From Fonticula alba ATCC 38817 (taxonomy: Eukaryota > Protista > Nucleariida): a DNA stretch of 19,873 nt. Positions 1 through 10,976 of this stretch are shown piece after piece. The position numbers and the translations under genes were made by a program. The stretch lies in NCBI GenBank assembly GCA_000388065.2, contig KB932204.1; one strand, 5' to 3'. The notes under the pieces were generated by a model, which was not told where the DNA came from, did not search any database, and was given only the letters and a program-made list of their open reading frames with translations. Position 1 is the first letter of the stretch. Each line of letters starts with the position of its first letter.

Positions 1-140
1 CCCCCCCCCTCCCCCTGGGGGTCCTTCGCCACCTGCTCCTGGCATCTTGTCGGTCGCAGGCGCTGCCCTGCGCGGTGTCCCTGTCGGATGGCCCACTGAC
101 AGCTGCCTCCTCGCCCTCCTGCTGGCGCCTCTGCGCACAG

Positions 141-1715
141 TACCCCGCCACCGCCTATGTGGTGACCGGCACCCAGGCCGACCGGCCCTCCAAGAACATG
201 ATCCAGCTGATGAAGATGAGCCAGCTGCCGCGCACCAAGTACGACGATGGCGCGCTCACCGACTCCGAGGACGAGGAGGACGACTCCTACGACACGGACC
301 CCGTGCTGGAGTACCGCTCCATCAAGCACATGGGTGGCGTCAACCGCCTGCGTGTGCGTTTTCACCTGCCCCCCCCCCCCCCATCGCATGTGCCCTGCTT
401 TGTGCTGGTTGCTGTTGCAGTTGCTGCTGCCACTGCTGCCAGCTGGCCCTCCCCTCCCCCGGGGTGCTGGTCTTCTCGCTTGGGGCCACCCTCTCACCAC
501 GTCCCCTCCCTCCCCCCCCTCCCCGCCCGCCCTCGCACCCTGGCCCGGCCTTAGCTCATGCCTGGGACCAACATTTGCGCCACTTGGTCGGAGAATGCGC
601 GCGTCTTCCTGCACGACCTGACCAACCTGGTGGACCAGCTGGACGTGCCGGGCACCGTGCCGGCCGTCAACACCGGGCCGCTGTTCACCTTCTCCGGGCA
701 CATGGACGAGGGCTTCGCCATGGACTGGTCGCCCACCGTCAAGGGCAGCCTGCTGACGGGTGACTGCTCGAAGATGATTTACCGCTGGCAGATGCACGGC
801 CAGTCCAGCTGGCAGGTGGAGAAGAAGCCGTACACCGGGCACTCCGGGTCGGTGGAGGACATCCAGTGGAGTCCCACCGAGGACACGGTCTTCGCCTCCT
901 GCTCGTCGGACAAGACCATCAAGGTGTGGGACACCCGTCGCCGGCAGAATGCCGCCCTGTCGGTCAAGGCCCACAAGACCGATGTCAATGTCATCTCCTG
1001 GAACCGGTGCGTCGCGCCGGCCCGGGCCTTTTTCCTTCTTTTTTTTTCTTTTCTTCTCCGCCCCTTGCTGCCTGCCCGCCTGCGCACACACGCCCTCCCA
1101 TGGGACAAGAAAGCCGGCGGGCCATCGGGGCGGGGGGCCACGCGTGGAAGAGGGCGAGCGGGGTGAATCCCCCCGCCGCACGCCGCGCCACAGACCGCAA
1201 GAAGCACCATCCGGCAGCGCCACTGGCCACAACTCTAACTCCTGTGTCCCCCCTTCNNNNNNNNNNNNNNNNNNNNNNNNNNNNNNNNNNNNNNNCCCCC
1301 CCCCCCCCCCCCCCCCCCCAGCGTCTCCTCCCATATGCTGGCCTCCGGCTCGGACGACGGGACGTTCAGCGTTTGGGATCTGCGCAACTTCAAGGCCGAC
1401 TCGCCGGCCGCCACCTTCAGCTGGCACAAGGGCCCGATCACCAGTGTCGAGTGGCACCCGACCGACGACTCGGTGCTGGCGGTGGCCGGCGCCGACGACC
1501 AGATCACCCTGTGGGACTTCGCGGTGGAGGCCGATACCGAGGCCAACACCGAGGACGGCAAGACCCTCGTGGTGCCGGAGGTCCCGCCGCAGCTGCTCTT
1601 CATCCACCAGGGCCAGCACAACATCAAGGAGCTGCACTGGCACCCGCAGATGCTCGGCACCCTGGTCAGCACCGCCGAGTCCGGCTTCAACATCTTCCGG
1701 ACCATCAGTGTTTGA
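141..1715 (+). CDS. GRWD1: Glutamate-rich WD40 repeat protein GRWD1 / Rrb1 (uL3 chaperone, 60S biogenesis), 5'-partial. Exons 141-353, 555-1006, 1322-1715
   Basis: Spliced translation YPATAYVVTGTQA...HMGGVNRLR|LMPGTNICATWSE...FSGHMDEGFAMDWSP...GHSGSVEDIQWSPTE...AHKTDVNVISWNR|VSSHMLASGSDDG...PPQLLFIHQGQHNIKELHWHPQ...GFNIFRTISV* matches remembered GRWD1/Rrb1 motifs, including the FRTISV C-terminus. Introns are GT-AG (354-554, 1007-1321) with matching phases. Exon total 1059 nt = 353 codons. An acceptor at 139-140 with CTGAC at 96-100 shows that earlier exons lie upstream of the window. Confidence 0.95.
1257..1295. other. Assembly gap (N run) inside a GRWD1 intron, abutting a poly-C tract
   Basis: 39 N followed by a C homopolymer. 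Confidence 0.99.
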
Positions 1716-2062
1716 AGCGGCGCTCGGGGCCCTTCCGACGGGGGGCGGCCGGTGCGCTGGAGGCAGGAGGGGGGGGCGGGGCCGCGGCCAGGCAGAGCCC
1801 CGCCCATGCCGGCCGGCCGAACGATGTCCGGCCGCGACATGCGCCAATGTGTCCCCCATGCTGACATGCGTGCATGGGAGGGCGGGGGGGCCCGGCGTCC
1901 CCTCTCACCCGACCGCCCTCGTCCCCTGTCCCCGGCCTTCTGCCAGAAGAAAAAGCACTCCTGTATTCTATTCCACACGCCTCGCCCGCATATATCCACC
2001 CACTAAACGCGCCATTTGCCGGGGCTCGGTGCACGCCCGCGTGTGTCTTGGTCAGAGGAGCC

Positions 2063-2141
2063 GACAGGGAGCCGGGGCCCGAGGGCGACAGGGAGCCGGG
2101 GCCCGAGGGCGACAGGGAGCCGGGGCCCGAGGGCGACAGGG
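2063..2141 (+). repeat. 24-bp tandem repeat GACAGGGAGCCGGGGCCCGAGGGC, 3 perfect copies plus a partial
   Basis: Units start at 2063, 2087, 2111 and 2135 (partial); no spacers; intergenic between GRWD1 and URB2. Confidence 0.95.
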
Positions 2142-2279
2142 CCCGGGCAGGGGAGCCATGAGCTTGGCGAGAGGCCGGGTCGGAGGTCCACCCGCTGCGC
2201 GCCGGCTGGCAGAGGCGCCCGGGCGCATGCCCAAGGTCTCGGCCCTCGCGCTCGCGCGGCGCCGCGGCCCCAAGCCCTC

Positions 2280-2520
2280 AATCGAAGGAATGGTGTTTCG
2301 CCGCGCGCCCGTGCTACTGCATCAGAATTTCATCGCGTGCTGGCGCGGCGCCTTCGTTGGCATTCGGGGACGCACGCGTGTGTGCGCCCAGGCCGGCGCC
2401 CCGGGGCCGCCTTCCGCGCGCGGCTCTTTCTTGCTGCCTTCCCGCCGGCGGCGCCCCCCGCGGCCGTCGCTCCCCGCCCCGGGGCCCCGCCGGCCGACGG
2501 GCGTGCGCGGCCAATCGGCC
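2280..2520 (+). promoter_or_regulatory. Candidate URB2 upstream promoter region (lower-GC island plus CCAAT box)
   Basis: A less GC-rich stretch at about 2280-2336 within very GC-rich flanks. GGCCAATCG at 2509-2517 fits the NF-Y consensus RRCCAATSR. It lies upstream of the gap that probably holds URB2 exon 1. Positional inference only. Confidence 0.3.
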
Positions 2521-2720
2521 TCCCTGCCGGCCGGCGGAGGCGCATCCTCTCGGGCCCCGGATCCACGCCGGCCGGCCCAACAGGAGCCAGTCCGGCCCGG
2601 CGGCGGCCGGGCCACCCAAGCGCTCGACACACAGCTAGCACTTGCCCTCCCCCCCTGTCTCTTCCTTGCCCTCGTGCATCTTTCCTGCCCCTCGGTTTTT
2701 GCCTGGTCGTCCTCCTCCGC

Positions 2721-3295
2721 NNNNNNNNNNNNNNNNNNNNNNNNNNNNNNNNNNNNNNNNNNNNNNNNNNNNNNNNNNNNNNNNNNNNNNNNNNNNNNNN
2801 NNNNNNNNNNNNNNNNNNNNNNNNNNNNNNNNNNNNNNNNNNNNNNNNNNNNNNNNNNNNNNNNNNNNNNNNNNNNNNNNNNNNNNNNNNNNNNNNNNNN
2901 NNNNNNNNNNNNNNNNNNNNNNNNNNNNNNNNNNNNNNNNNNNNNNNNNNNNNNNNNNNNNNNNNNNNNNNNNNNNNNNNNNNNNNNNNNNNNNNNNNNN
3001 NNNNNNNNNNNNNNNNNNNNNNNNNNNNNNNNNNNNNNNNNNNNNNNNNNNNNNNNNNNNNNNNNNNNNNNNNNNNNNNNNNNNNNNNNNNNNNNNNNNN
3101 NNNNNNNNNNNNNNNNNNNNNNNNNNNNNNNNNNNNNNNNNNNNNNNNNNNNNNNNNNNNNNNNNNNNNNNNNNNNNNNNNNNNNNNNNNNNNNNNNNNN
3201 NNNNNNNNNNNNNNNNNNNNNNNNNNNNNNNNNNNNNNNNNNNNNNNNNNNNNNNNNNNNNNNNNNNNNNNNNNNNNNNNNNNNNNNNNNNNNNN
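2721..3295. other. Assembly gap (575 N), probably hiding the first URB2 exon(s)
   Basis: N run. Sequence after it (3296-3431) looks like an intron 3' end: poly-C, CTGAC at 3358, and no AG until 3430-3431. Confidence 0.9.
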
Positions 3296-3431
3296 CCCCC
3301 CCCCCCCGGAGCGGTCCTCCCGCGGGACACATCTGGCACTTGTGCTGTCACACCCTTCTGACCTCCCTGCCCCGGGCTTCGGACTCGGTGTCCTGGAATG
3401 GCGGCCGCGCCGGGCGCCTCCGCCGGCGCAG

Positions 3432-6400
3432 GTCCTCGGTGGGCCTGACCCCGACCGAGCCCGGCGCCTCGCGCGAAGTGTCCACCGTGGACGAATGCGA
3501 TCTCTTCGAGTGGCTGGCCACGACGCTGGTTCGCTTCAGCGGGCCGAAGTCCACCCCGAGCGCGTGCGCCCGCCCTCCCTTTTGTGCCCTCGCGCATGGG
3601 ACGCCCCCTGCCGGGCCTCCGTGCACCGACTGACCTCCCCCCCCCGGGTCCGAGAGCTTGGAGGCCGACGACGGCCGAGGCACATTCTCGCCTAGACAGC
3701 CAGTCTCCACGTGCAAACACCGGCTCCCCCCCCCCCCCCCCCCCCCCCCCCCCTGTGCCCCTCGGCCCTGGCGCCCCTGTGCCTGCCCGGCATGTAGCGG
3801 CCTGTTCTTCCTGAGTCTGGAAGTGGACACGTGGCGCCTGCTGGGCGACATGCTGGAGTTCCTGGTGGACTCGCTGCGGGCGCGGCCCATTCGTGCGCCG
3901 CTCCTGCAGGCGGTCTCCTTCGCCAGCCGGTGGATCGGTGCGTGCTCATGGACTGTCCACCCTCTTTCCCCCCCCCCCCCCACCCCACCCCCTGGGCCCT
4001 GCCTCCATGGCTGTTGGGCTTCTCCGGTCCGCCTGGCTGACATCCGCCCTTCGCACTGCCCGGCCGCAGCCTGCCCGATTGCCGGCGACTACCGGGTGCC
4101 CAACCCCGATGGCTTGGCCGTGCAAGTGGTCCGGGCCCTGCGGCTGCTGCTGCTGCCGCATGGGCTCCATGCGCTGGACTTGCAGCGCCGGCGTAAGGCC
4201 GCCATCAGCGAGCTGGTCCTGTCGTCGGCCGACCGGTCGCTGCATCATCCGGCGCTGGCGCACCCGGCCCCGGCGATCGATTTGCTGCGCGCGCCGTATG
4301 CGGCGGTCTTCCGCCCGGGCGACGTGGCGCACATTGCCCTGGTGGCAGACCTGACACGGGCGGTGGCCGAGGCCGGGGCCGCGCCCATCACCCCGGCGGA
4401 CGGCCTGCTGGGCGAGTGCCCGGCCAGGGCCGATGCCGTGGATGGGCCCCTGCCGGCGGCCGCGCGCCTTTGGCAATTGTGGCGCACGGCCGCCCTGCAC
4501 CTGTGCCTGCACAGCGAGCTGTCGGCTGTCAGCTCGCTGAGTGACAGCGGCGCCCAGGGCGACGGTGCCAGCGGCGCGGCGGCCGGCATTCGCCGGTCCT
4601 TCGCGGCCATCTGCGACGACCTGCTCGGTGCGTTCGATGGCGACGGCGGCGGCGGCATGTTCCCCGCTCGCCCGCCCGGGCCACTTTCCCGCAACCTCGC
4701 ACCGGCCTCCCGCCCCCCCCCCCCCCCCGCTTCGGTCCCTTTCGCTTTTCTAACTGGCTGCCCCCGGGCCGGCCGCCCCGTCAGCCCCTCTTGCCGGGGT
4801 CATGACTTCGACCGACACGGCTCCGGTGGACGCGGGCCTGGCCCGGCGCGTGCTGGCCAGCACGCTCTTCCACCCGGACCATCTGTTTGAATTTGCCTCC
4901 AGCTGGCTGTGGGGCCTGGGCCTGACGGCCGGCGGCCTGGCCGGGCACACGCACCAGGAGGCGGCCAAGCTGGCGGCCGGCACCGCGCCGGCCCCCGCCG
5001 AGGGGGATCCCGCGGCCGGGAAGAAGCGCGGCCGCGGCAAGGCCGCCGCCGACGCCGGCGCCGGTGCCGGTGCCGGTGCCCCGGCCGGGGAGGCCTCCAT
5101 CGCCGGGACGGCCGTCCGGCTGCCGCCGGTCCGGAGCTACCCCCGGCGTCTGTTTGAGATGCTCTACACCGGGCTGTACCCCGGGCTGCTGGCCGGGGGC
5201 GATGGGGCCGCGACGATGGCGGCGGTCAGCCTGCTGGGGGTGCTGCCGGTCCTGCTGACGGACTTCACCCTGGCCGTGGGGCGGCGCTTGGCGCGCAGCG
5301 ACCCCGGGCCTGGCGCCGGCGGCCGGGACAAGGCCGCGAGCGAGCACGCCTCGCCGGCCGATGCCACGGCCACCTCGGCCGCCGAGGATGACGCCATCGC
5401 CATGTCCTTCAATTTCTTCCGCGAACTGGCGGCGCTCGTGGTGCCGCTGGTGGTGCTGGGGCTGGACCGGCCGGTGGCCGCCGGCCAGGCCGAAGCACAG
5501 ACGGTCGGCTGCGCGGCCCTGGTGACCCTGGCCCAGCTGCTGGCCATCGCGGCCGGCGAGCTGGACCTGTCGCCCGGGCGCCGGGTGACGGCCATGGCGA
5601 TGGCCGCCGGGCCGCTGCTGCTGGGCCCGGAGGCCGGCCCGGCGGCGGTGCTGGATGGCGACACGGCCTGCTGGCTCGCCGGGGCCGGTCGGGCGTCGGG
5701 CGCCGATTCGAGCTCGGCCCCGCTGGCCGCCACCACGGCGGCCCTCGGCCAGCTGCTGGATCTGGGCGCCGACCGGGTGGCGGTGTCGGCGTCGCCGAGT
5801 GCCACGGCCTTCGGCCTGCGGCCGATGGCCAATGACGACCGGTCGCGCCGGCAGTCGGCCACACTGGCGGCCCTGGCCCGGCTGAGCCTGGGCCTGTGCC
5901 TGGGGTTCCGGGAGGTGGCCATGGTGGCCGGGGCCTGGGCCACCGGCGGCCATGCGCTGCTGGGGCGTTTGGTGGCCGACCCGATGGGCGCGGTGCCGGG
6001 CTCGGGGCTGTCGCGTGCCGGCCGGGACTCCGGCGCGCAGCAGGCCCAGCTGGCGGCCGAGAGCGTGGCACACGCGGTGTGGGCGGCGCCCCTGGCCGCG
6101 GCATCGACGGCGGAGCCGGCCCCGGGGGCCGGGGCGATGATGGGCGGCGCGTCGCCGGCCCTGGCCACCGCTGCGCTGGTGTGCCTGACTTCGCTGGTGC
6201 GCATGGACTACGGGCTGCTGGACCGGCACCTGGTGCAGGTGTGGCAGGCCTGCCTGCCGGGCTTCCGGCGGCTGGACGATGTGACGGCCACGGCCGGCAG
6301 CCCGTCGGCCCTGCGACGCGGCGCCACGCGGCTCAGCTGCCGGCTGGTGGAGACCTACTCGCGGCTGTCGCTGCTGGACCGGTGCCTGCGGGCCCTGTGG

Positions 6401-9400
6401 CGCGGGCTGCTGCTGGCGGCCGCGAGTGCCCGGCAGCCGGGCGCGGGTGTGGCCTCGCCGCCGGTGCTGCCGGGGCCGGTGCTCGCGGCCCTGACCGAGG
6501 GCGTGGCGCACATCCAGCACCCGGGCCCGGCGTTGGCGGTTGTGGTAGCCGGACTGGTGGAGCCGCTGGTCGAGTGTGCGACCGGCGGCCCGGGGCCCGG
6601 GGCCGTGGCCTGCCCCTCGCACCGGTGGCTGGTGCTGGCCGTGGCTCGGCAATTGGCCGACACCCTGGCCGGGCGCCTGGGCGGCGGTGTGGATGTCCTG
6701 ACGCAGCCGGTGGCCGAGGTGTTCATCGGCCAGAGCGCCTGGCCGGCCGAGGATCTGGCCCGGGTGCGTGCCGGGCTGGGCCTGGAGCGTGGGGCCCCGG
6801 TCACTGGGGCCCTGCTCCTGTCGCAAATTGGCCCGCTGGTGGCCGGGCTGTGGCCGGCTGCGGCGTCCCCGGCGCCGGACCTGGCCGCCGGCCCGGCCGG
6901 GGCCCCGCTCGATGTCGCTGGGCGGCTGGCCGTGGAGGCCGGGCTGCTGACCCTGAGCCTGGCCCGGCTGAGCCCGGCCGCCCTGGTCGGCACGCTGGCG
7001 GCCATGCCGGCCGGGCCGGAGATGGCGGTCGGCCAGCTGGTGGCCCTGGCGCGTGGGCTGGCCACGCGGGTGGACGCCTGTGGCCCGGCGGTGTATGCCA
7101 CCTGGCCGGAGGTCGCCTCGACCGCCGGCCCCGATGGCCCGTCGGCCGGCAAGTCCAGCGGCAAGTCCGGCTCGCGGGCCGTGCCCAAGGACATGTCGCT
7201 GCTGGCCGGCCGTCGGGCGCTGGCCGGCGACCTGGGCCAGCTGGCGGCCCTGCTGCCGGCCCTGCTGGGGCTGCTGCATGCGGCCTCGGTCCAGGGCCTG
7301 GACGCCGGGCAGCCGGTGGTGCTGGACACCCCGCGGCCGTGGGACTTGGGCTCCGGGTGCCCGGACCTGCCGGTCGGTCGGGCCACCCTGCTCCGGTGCC
7401 TGGAGGCGGTGGTCCATGCGACCGGGGCCGCCTGCCGGCTGGCCGTGGCCGAGCAGGACCTGGCCCACTTTGGCGGGGCCCCGGCCGGCGGGCATGGCCA
7501 TGATGAGGGTGCCGCCGGCGCTGCGCAGGGCGCCGGGCTGGCCGGCTGGCCGGAGCCCAGCCTGGCGGTCATGCGTCTGGTGGCCGAGTGCGGGCCGCTG
7601 CTGGGCCGGCACTTTGACTGGGCGGCGGCCTGGAGCCCGGGCCCGGCGCGGGAGCTGGCCGAAGACTTCCTGGCACAGCTGATGCTGGCGGCCGGGGTGG
7701 AATCGGCCGCGCCCCTGGCGGCCGGCGATCGCCCGGTGCTGGGGGATCTCCTGCGCAATGCCCTGTGGTTCGAGTCGGGGCTGCTGCATTCGGGCCCGGT
7801 GCTGGCGGCCGCGTCGCGCCGGTGTCTGCTGCAGGCGGTCCCGGTGCCGGTGCCGGGGGCCAGCACGGCGGTGCTCCTGCGGCCGGATCCGGCCGGCCCG
7901 CTCGGGGCCCTGGGCGCCATCGACCGCGATGCCCCGGCCATGGGGGCCCTGCTGGGGCATTTGGCCCCCGGCCGGGCGCTCTTCCTGTCGGCCGGTAGCC
8001 GGCCGGTGCGCCGCTCGGCCCGGCTGCAGGGGGGCCACCATGTGTCGACCGACGACCAGGCCCTCGGGTCGCTGCTGCTGCCGGAGGCGGGACCGGCGGA
8101 TGCGGGCGCCGCGGCGGCGGCCCTGTGCCGGCGGTCGCTGGCCGGGCCGCTGAGCTACTGGAGCCTGCTGCCTCCGGGCGCGGCGCCGGCCGAGTGGCTG
8201 CTGGCCGCGGCGGCCACCCTGCTGCATGCCCTGTACTGGGCGGCGGCCGAGGCGGCGCAACGCGCGGCGGGTGTCGCGCAGCCGGCCTCGGCCGCCACGG
8301 TGGCCGTGCAGGCGCTCCTGCGCCGGGGGTTCTCCCTGGCCGGGCGACTGCTGGCGTGGGCCACGGCTGGCAGTGTGGCCGCCGGGGCCCAGCGCGCCGC
8401 GGCCGGGGCCACGCGCTCGGCCGACCACCTGTCCCCGGGGCTGGCGCTGGCCCTGCTCCGGGGCCCGTTGGCCCGGTGGGCCGAGTTGCTGGGCTCCGGG
8501 GCCGAGCTGCCGGCCGACTGGCATGCGGCGCTGGACCCCTGCCGGCTGGTGCGGGCGCTGGCCATGCTGGCGGTGGACGATGCGGCCGGTGGCCTGTCGG
8601 ACCTGCTGGCCCACTGCCTGGTGGCCGGCACCACCGGCCGGTCGGCGCACGAGGAGCCCTGCCACGAGGGCAGGGCTTGCGTGTGCGCCGGGCGCCTGCG
8701 CATGGACACGGCGCGGCTGCGCGCGGCTGCCCACTGCCTGGAGGGCGTGGTGCTGCGGCTGCGGCAATCGACCGGCGCGACCACCGGCAAGCGTGGCCGC
8801 CGGTCGGCCCTGGCCCTGGACCCGGCGGTGGCCGGGCGCCTGGGTGCCATCGAGCGCCTGGCCGTGGACATGGTGGCCACGCTGGCCACCCGGGGCCTGT
8901 GGGACGCGGCGTCCGAGGCCGGGCCCCCGGTGTGGGAGCTCCTGGCGGCGCGTGGCCTGGCCGGGCTGCGCCTGCTGCAGGTGTGCCTGCGAGTGCAGAG
9001 CGCCCGCACACAGGGCCATCTGACCTTCGGCCCTACCGGGGAGGACTCGCCCGCAAAGGGCACCCTGAGTGGTACGTGTCCGCCGAACAACAGGGCAGGG
9101 GGGGTAAGGGGGGTAAGGGGGGGGGGGGGATACCGCGGAGGCGGAGTGAACCTCTGGCCGCCGCCGCTGCTGCTGCTGCTGCTGCTGCACTGTGCGTCGC
9201 GCTAACTGGCTCCCCTTGGTGATGCGCGCGGTGGCGTTGGTGTGGCCCGGCGCCCAGGCGACGTCCTGGCCGGGGCCATTCGCGCGGCCATGGCCGACAC
9301 CCCGTGGCTCGGGGCGGCCGGGGCCGGCGGTCCCCGAGGCGCGGGCCAGGCCTTCGGCCTGGTGGCGCAGCTGGCCCAGCTGGTGGGCGAGCAGGGCTCC

Positions 9401-10976
9401 CTCGTGGGCCTGCACACGGCGGACCTGCTGGCGGCCGTGACCATGGTGACGCGGATGGACGCCAACCGGGCGGTGACCGGCTCCAGCGACGAGGCCGAGG
9501 AGTCGGTGGCCCAGACGCTGGCCCGGCAGCTGGCGGCGCCTCTGCGGTACATCGGTGCCGGGGGTTTCCCGGCGGCCGGGCAGCAGGTGGTGGCCGCGCT
9601 GGCCGCCGCGTCCCAGGGCCCCGGGGCCATGACCCTCGGGGCGGGGCTGTCGGCCCTGGCGCAGGCGGTGCTGGAGCTGTCGGCCGGCGGGGGCCCCGGG
9701 CAGGAGGCGGCCGTGGTGCAGGAAGCCCGGCGGGCCTCCTTCCTGGTGATGGGCCACGCGGCGGTGGGCCTGGCCAATGCGGCGCACATCGACGTGGCCA
9801 GCCGCTGGGCCCGGCTGCTGTCGCGGTCGCTGCTGCTGTCGATGCAGCACCGGCCGCAGAATGTGGCAGCCATGCTGGCGGCCCTTCAGCGGCTGGCCGG
9901 GCGCCGGCCGATGCGTGCGGCCGCCGAGCTCGGCGGTGCCCAGCACGCGCTGGCGGCCCTCGGCGCGCAGCAGCCGCCGCCCATGGCCGACGATGATGGC
10001 CAATCGCCGTGGTCGCGGGCGCACGCGCTGCCCCCTGCCGGGGTGGTGTCCGTGTCCGGCCCGGCTACCCTCTGCCCGGAGGCCGATGTGCTGCTGGTGC
10101 CGCACGGGCTGCCGGAGTACCGGGCCTCCTGCCAGCGCCTGCACACGGCCCTCTTCGATCTGCATCTGAACTTGATCCGCCACGCGCGCCAGGCGCTGAC
10201 GGATCTGGCGGCGCTCTATGTGCCGTGTCTGCGAGGTACGCTCGTGGTGGCCTGGCCCCTGGGTGCTCCCTCGCCGGCTGTGTGCCCTGCATGTGCCGGG
10301 CGAGCGCCACTGCCCTGCTCCTTTGCTCTTCTCTTTTTGGTGGTCGCCTCTGCGTGTGTGTGTGTGTGTGTGTGTGCTTAGGAACACAGGACTGACCGAC
10401 GGATGGCCGGACGAAAAAAAAAACAACCCCTTCCCGCCGCCAGCCTTCATGGTGACGTACCTGCTGCCGACGATGGCCGAGGCGGTCCCGCTGGGCTTCT
10501 ACTCGGTGCTGGTCCCCTGGTCGCTGGGTCTGGCACACGATGTGTTCCCGGTGGCCGGGGCGATGGCGCGCGTGGCGCCGGCGATGCCGGGGTCCCCGGT
10601 CGCCGGCGGGCCGGCCCTTCCCCAGGCACATGCCCTGCGCGATGTGTCCCAGGTGCTGGAGCAGTTTGCCGAGCTGGGCCGGCAGGTGGACAAGTATGCC
10701 GTCAGCCTGGTGGTGGATTACATCCGGTGCGTGGAGGCCACGGCCGCCGGGCAGCACATCCGCCGCGCGGTGCAGATGGGCCTGCATGCGGTGCTGGCCC
10801 TGTGTGTCAGTCCCCCGACGAAGGGCAGGAAGTCCCATAGCAGCGTGGTCTCCCGAGCCGAGAAGGAGTCCGCCCTGCAGCAGGCCATGCTGACCCTCGG
10901 CCAGGCGGGCCGTCTGCTCCTGAAGACCCTCCGCCGGGAGCACCTCATCTGGCACCAGTACTCCGGTCGGGTGTGA
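3432..10976 (+). CDS. URB2: Nucleolar pre-ribosomal protein URB2 / Npa2, 5'-partial. Exons 3432-3563, (possible micro-exon 3696-3710), 3798-3937, 4070-4627, 4785-9071, 9258-10235, 10444-10976
   Basis: The C-terminal segment FAELGRQVDKYAVSLVVDYIRCV...IRRAVQMGLHAVLALC...LGQAGRLLLKTLRREHLIWHQYSGRV* resembles the Urb2/Npa2 C-terminal domain. N-terminal ECDLFEWLATTLVRF...DTWRLLGDML resembles the URB2 N-terminal EQVLLDW motif. All introns (3564-3797, 3938-4069, 4628-4784, 9072-9257, 10236-10443) are GT-AG and phase-consistent; the last four have a CTRAC branch shortly before the acceptor. At least 2208 aa without the micro-exon. Strong GC3 codon bias. Confidence 0.85.
9167..9187 (+). repeat. (CTG)7 trinucleotide repeat in URB2 intron, just upstream of the branch point
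   Basis: Direct read; GCTAAC branch at 9201-9206. Confidence 0.9.
10354..10376 (+). repeat. (GT)11 microsatellite in the last URB2 intron
   Basis: Direct read. Confidence 0.95.

Noticed and set aside
1007-1321. Intronic snoRNA in GRWD1 or URB2 introns (ribosome-biogenesis genes often host them)
   Set aside because: No RUGAUGA/CUGA box pair or H/ACA double-hairpin pattern in the sequenced parts. The 39-nt gap cannot be assessed.
2063-2141. CRISPR-like 24-bp direct repeats
   Set aside because: Repeats are head-to-tail with no spacers, there are no cas genes, and the context is eukaryotic.
2283-2356. Hairpin (CGAAGG/CCTTCG plus CGCCGCGC/GCGCGGCG) with minus-strand GATGA...CTGA as a C/D snoRNA or SECIS
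   Set aside because: Box spacing is wrong (4 nt between the putative boxes), there is no terminal D box or SECIS geometry, and 6-8 bp GC stems are expected by chance at this GC content.
3398-3448. ATG at 3398 (MAAAPGASAGAGPRWA*) as URB2 start
   Set aside because: Wrong frame with a stop after 16 codons. It lies in an AG-free zone between a CTGAC branch (3358) and the acceptor at 3430-3431, so it is better explained as intron sequence.
4781-10450. 1889-aa minus-strand ORF
   Set aside because: Antisense shadow of URB2. Extreme GC3 bias (CTG/GCC/GGC) removes stops on the opposite strand; the translation is Gln/Arg/Gly/Pro/His-rich with no recognisable domain.
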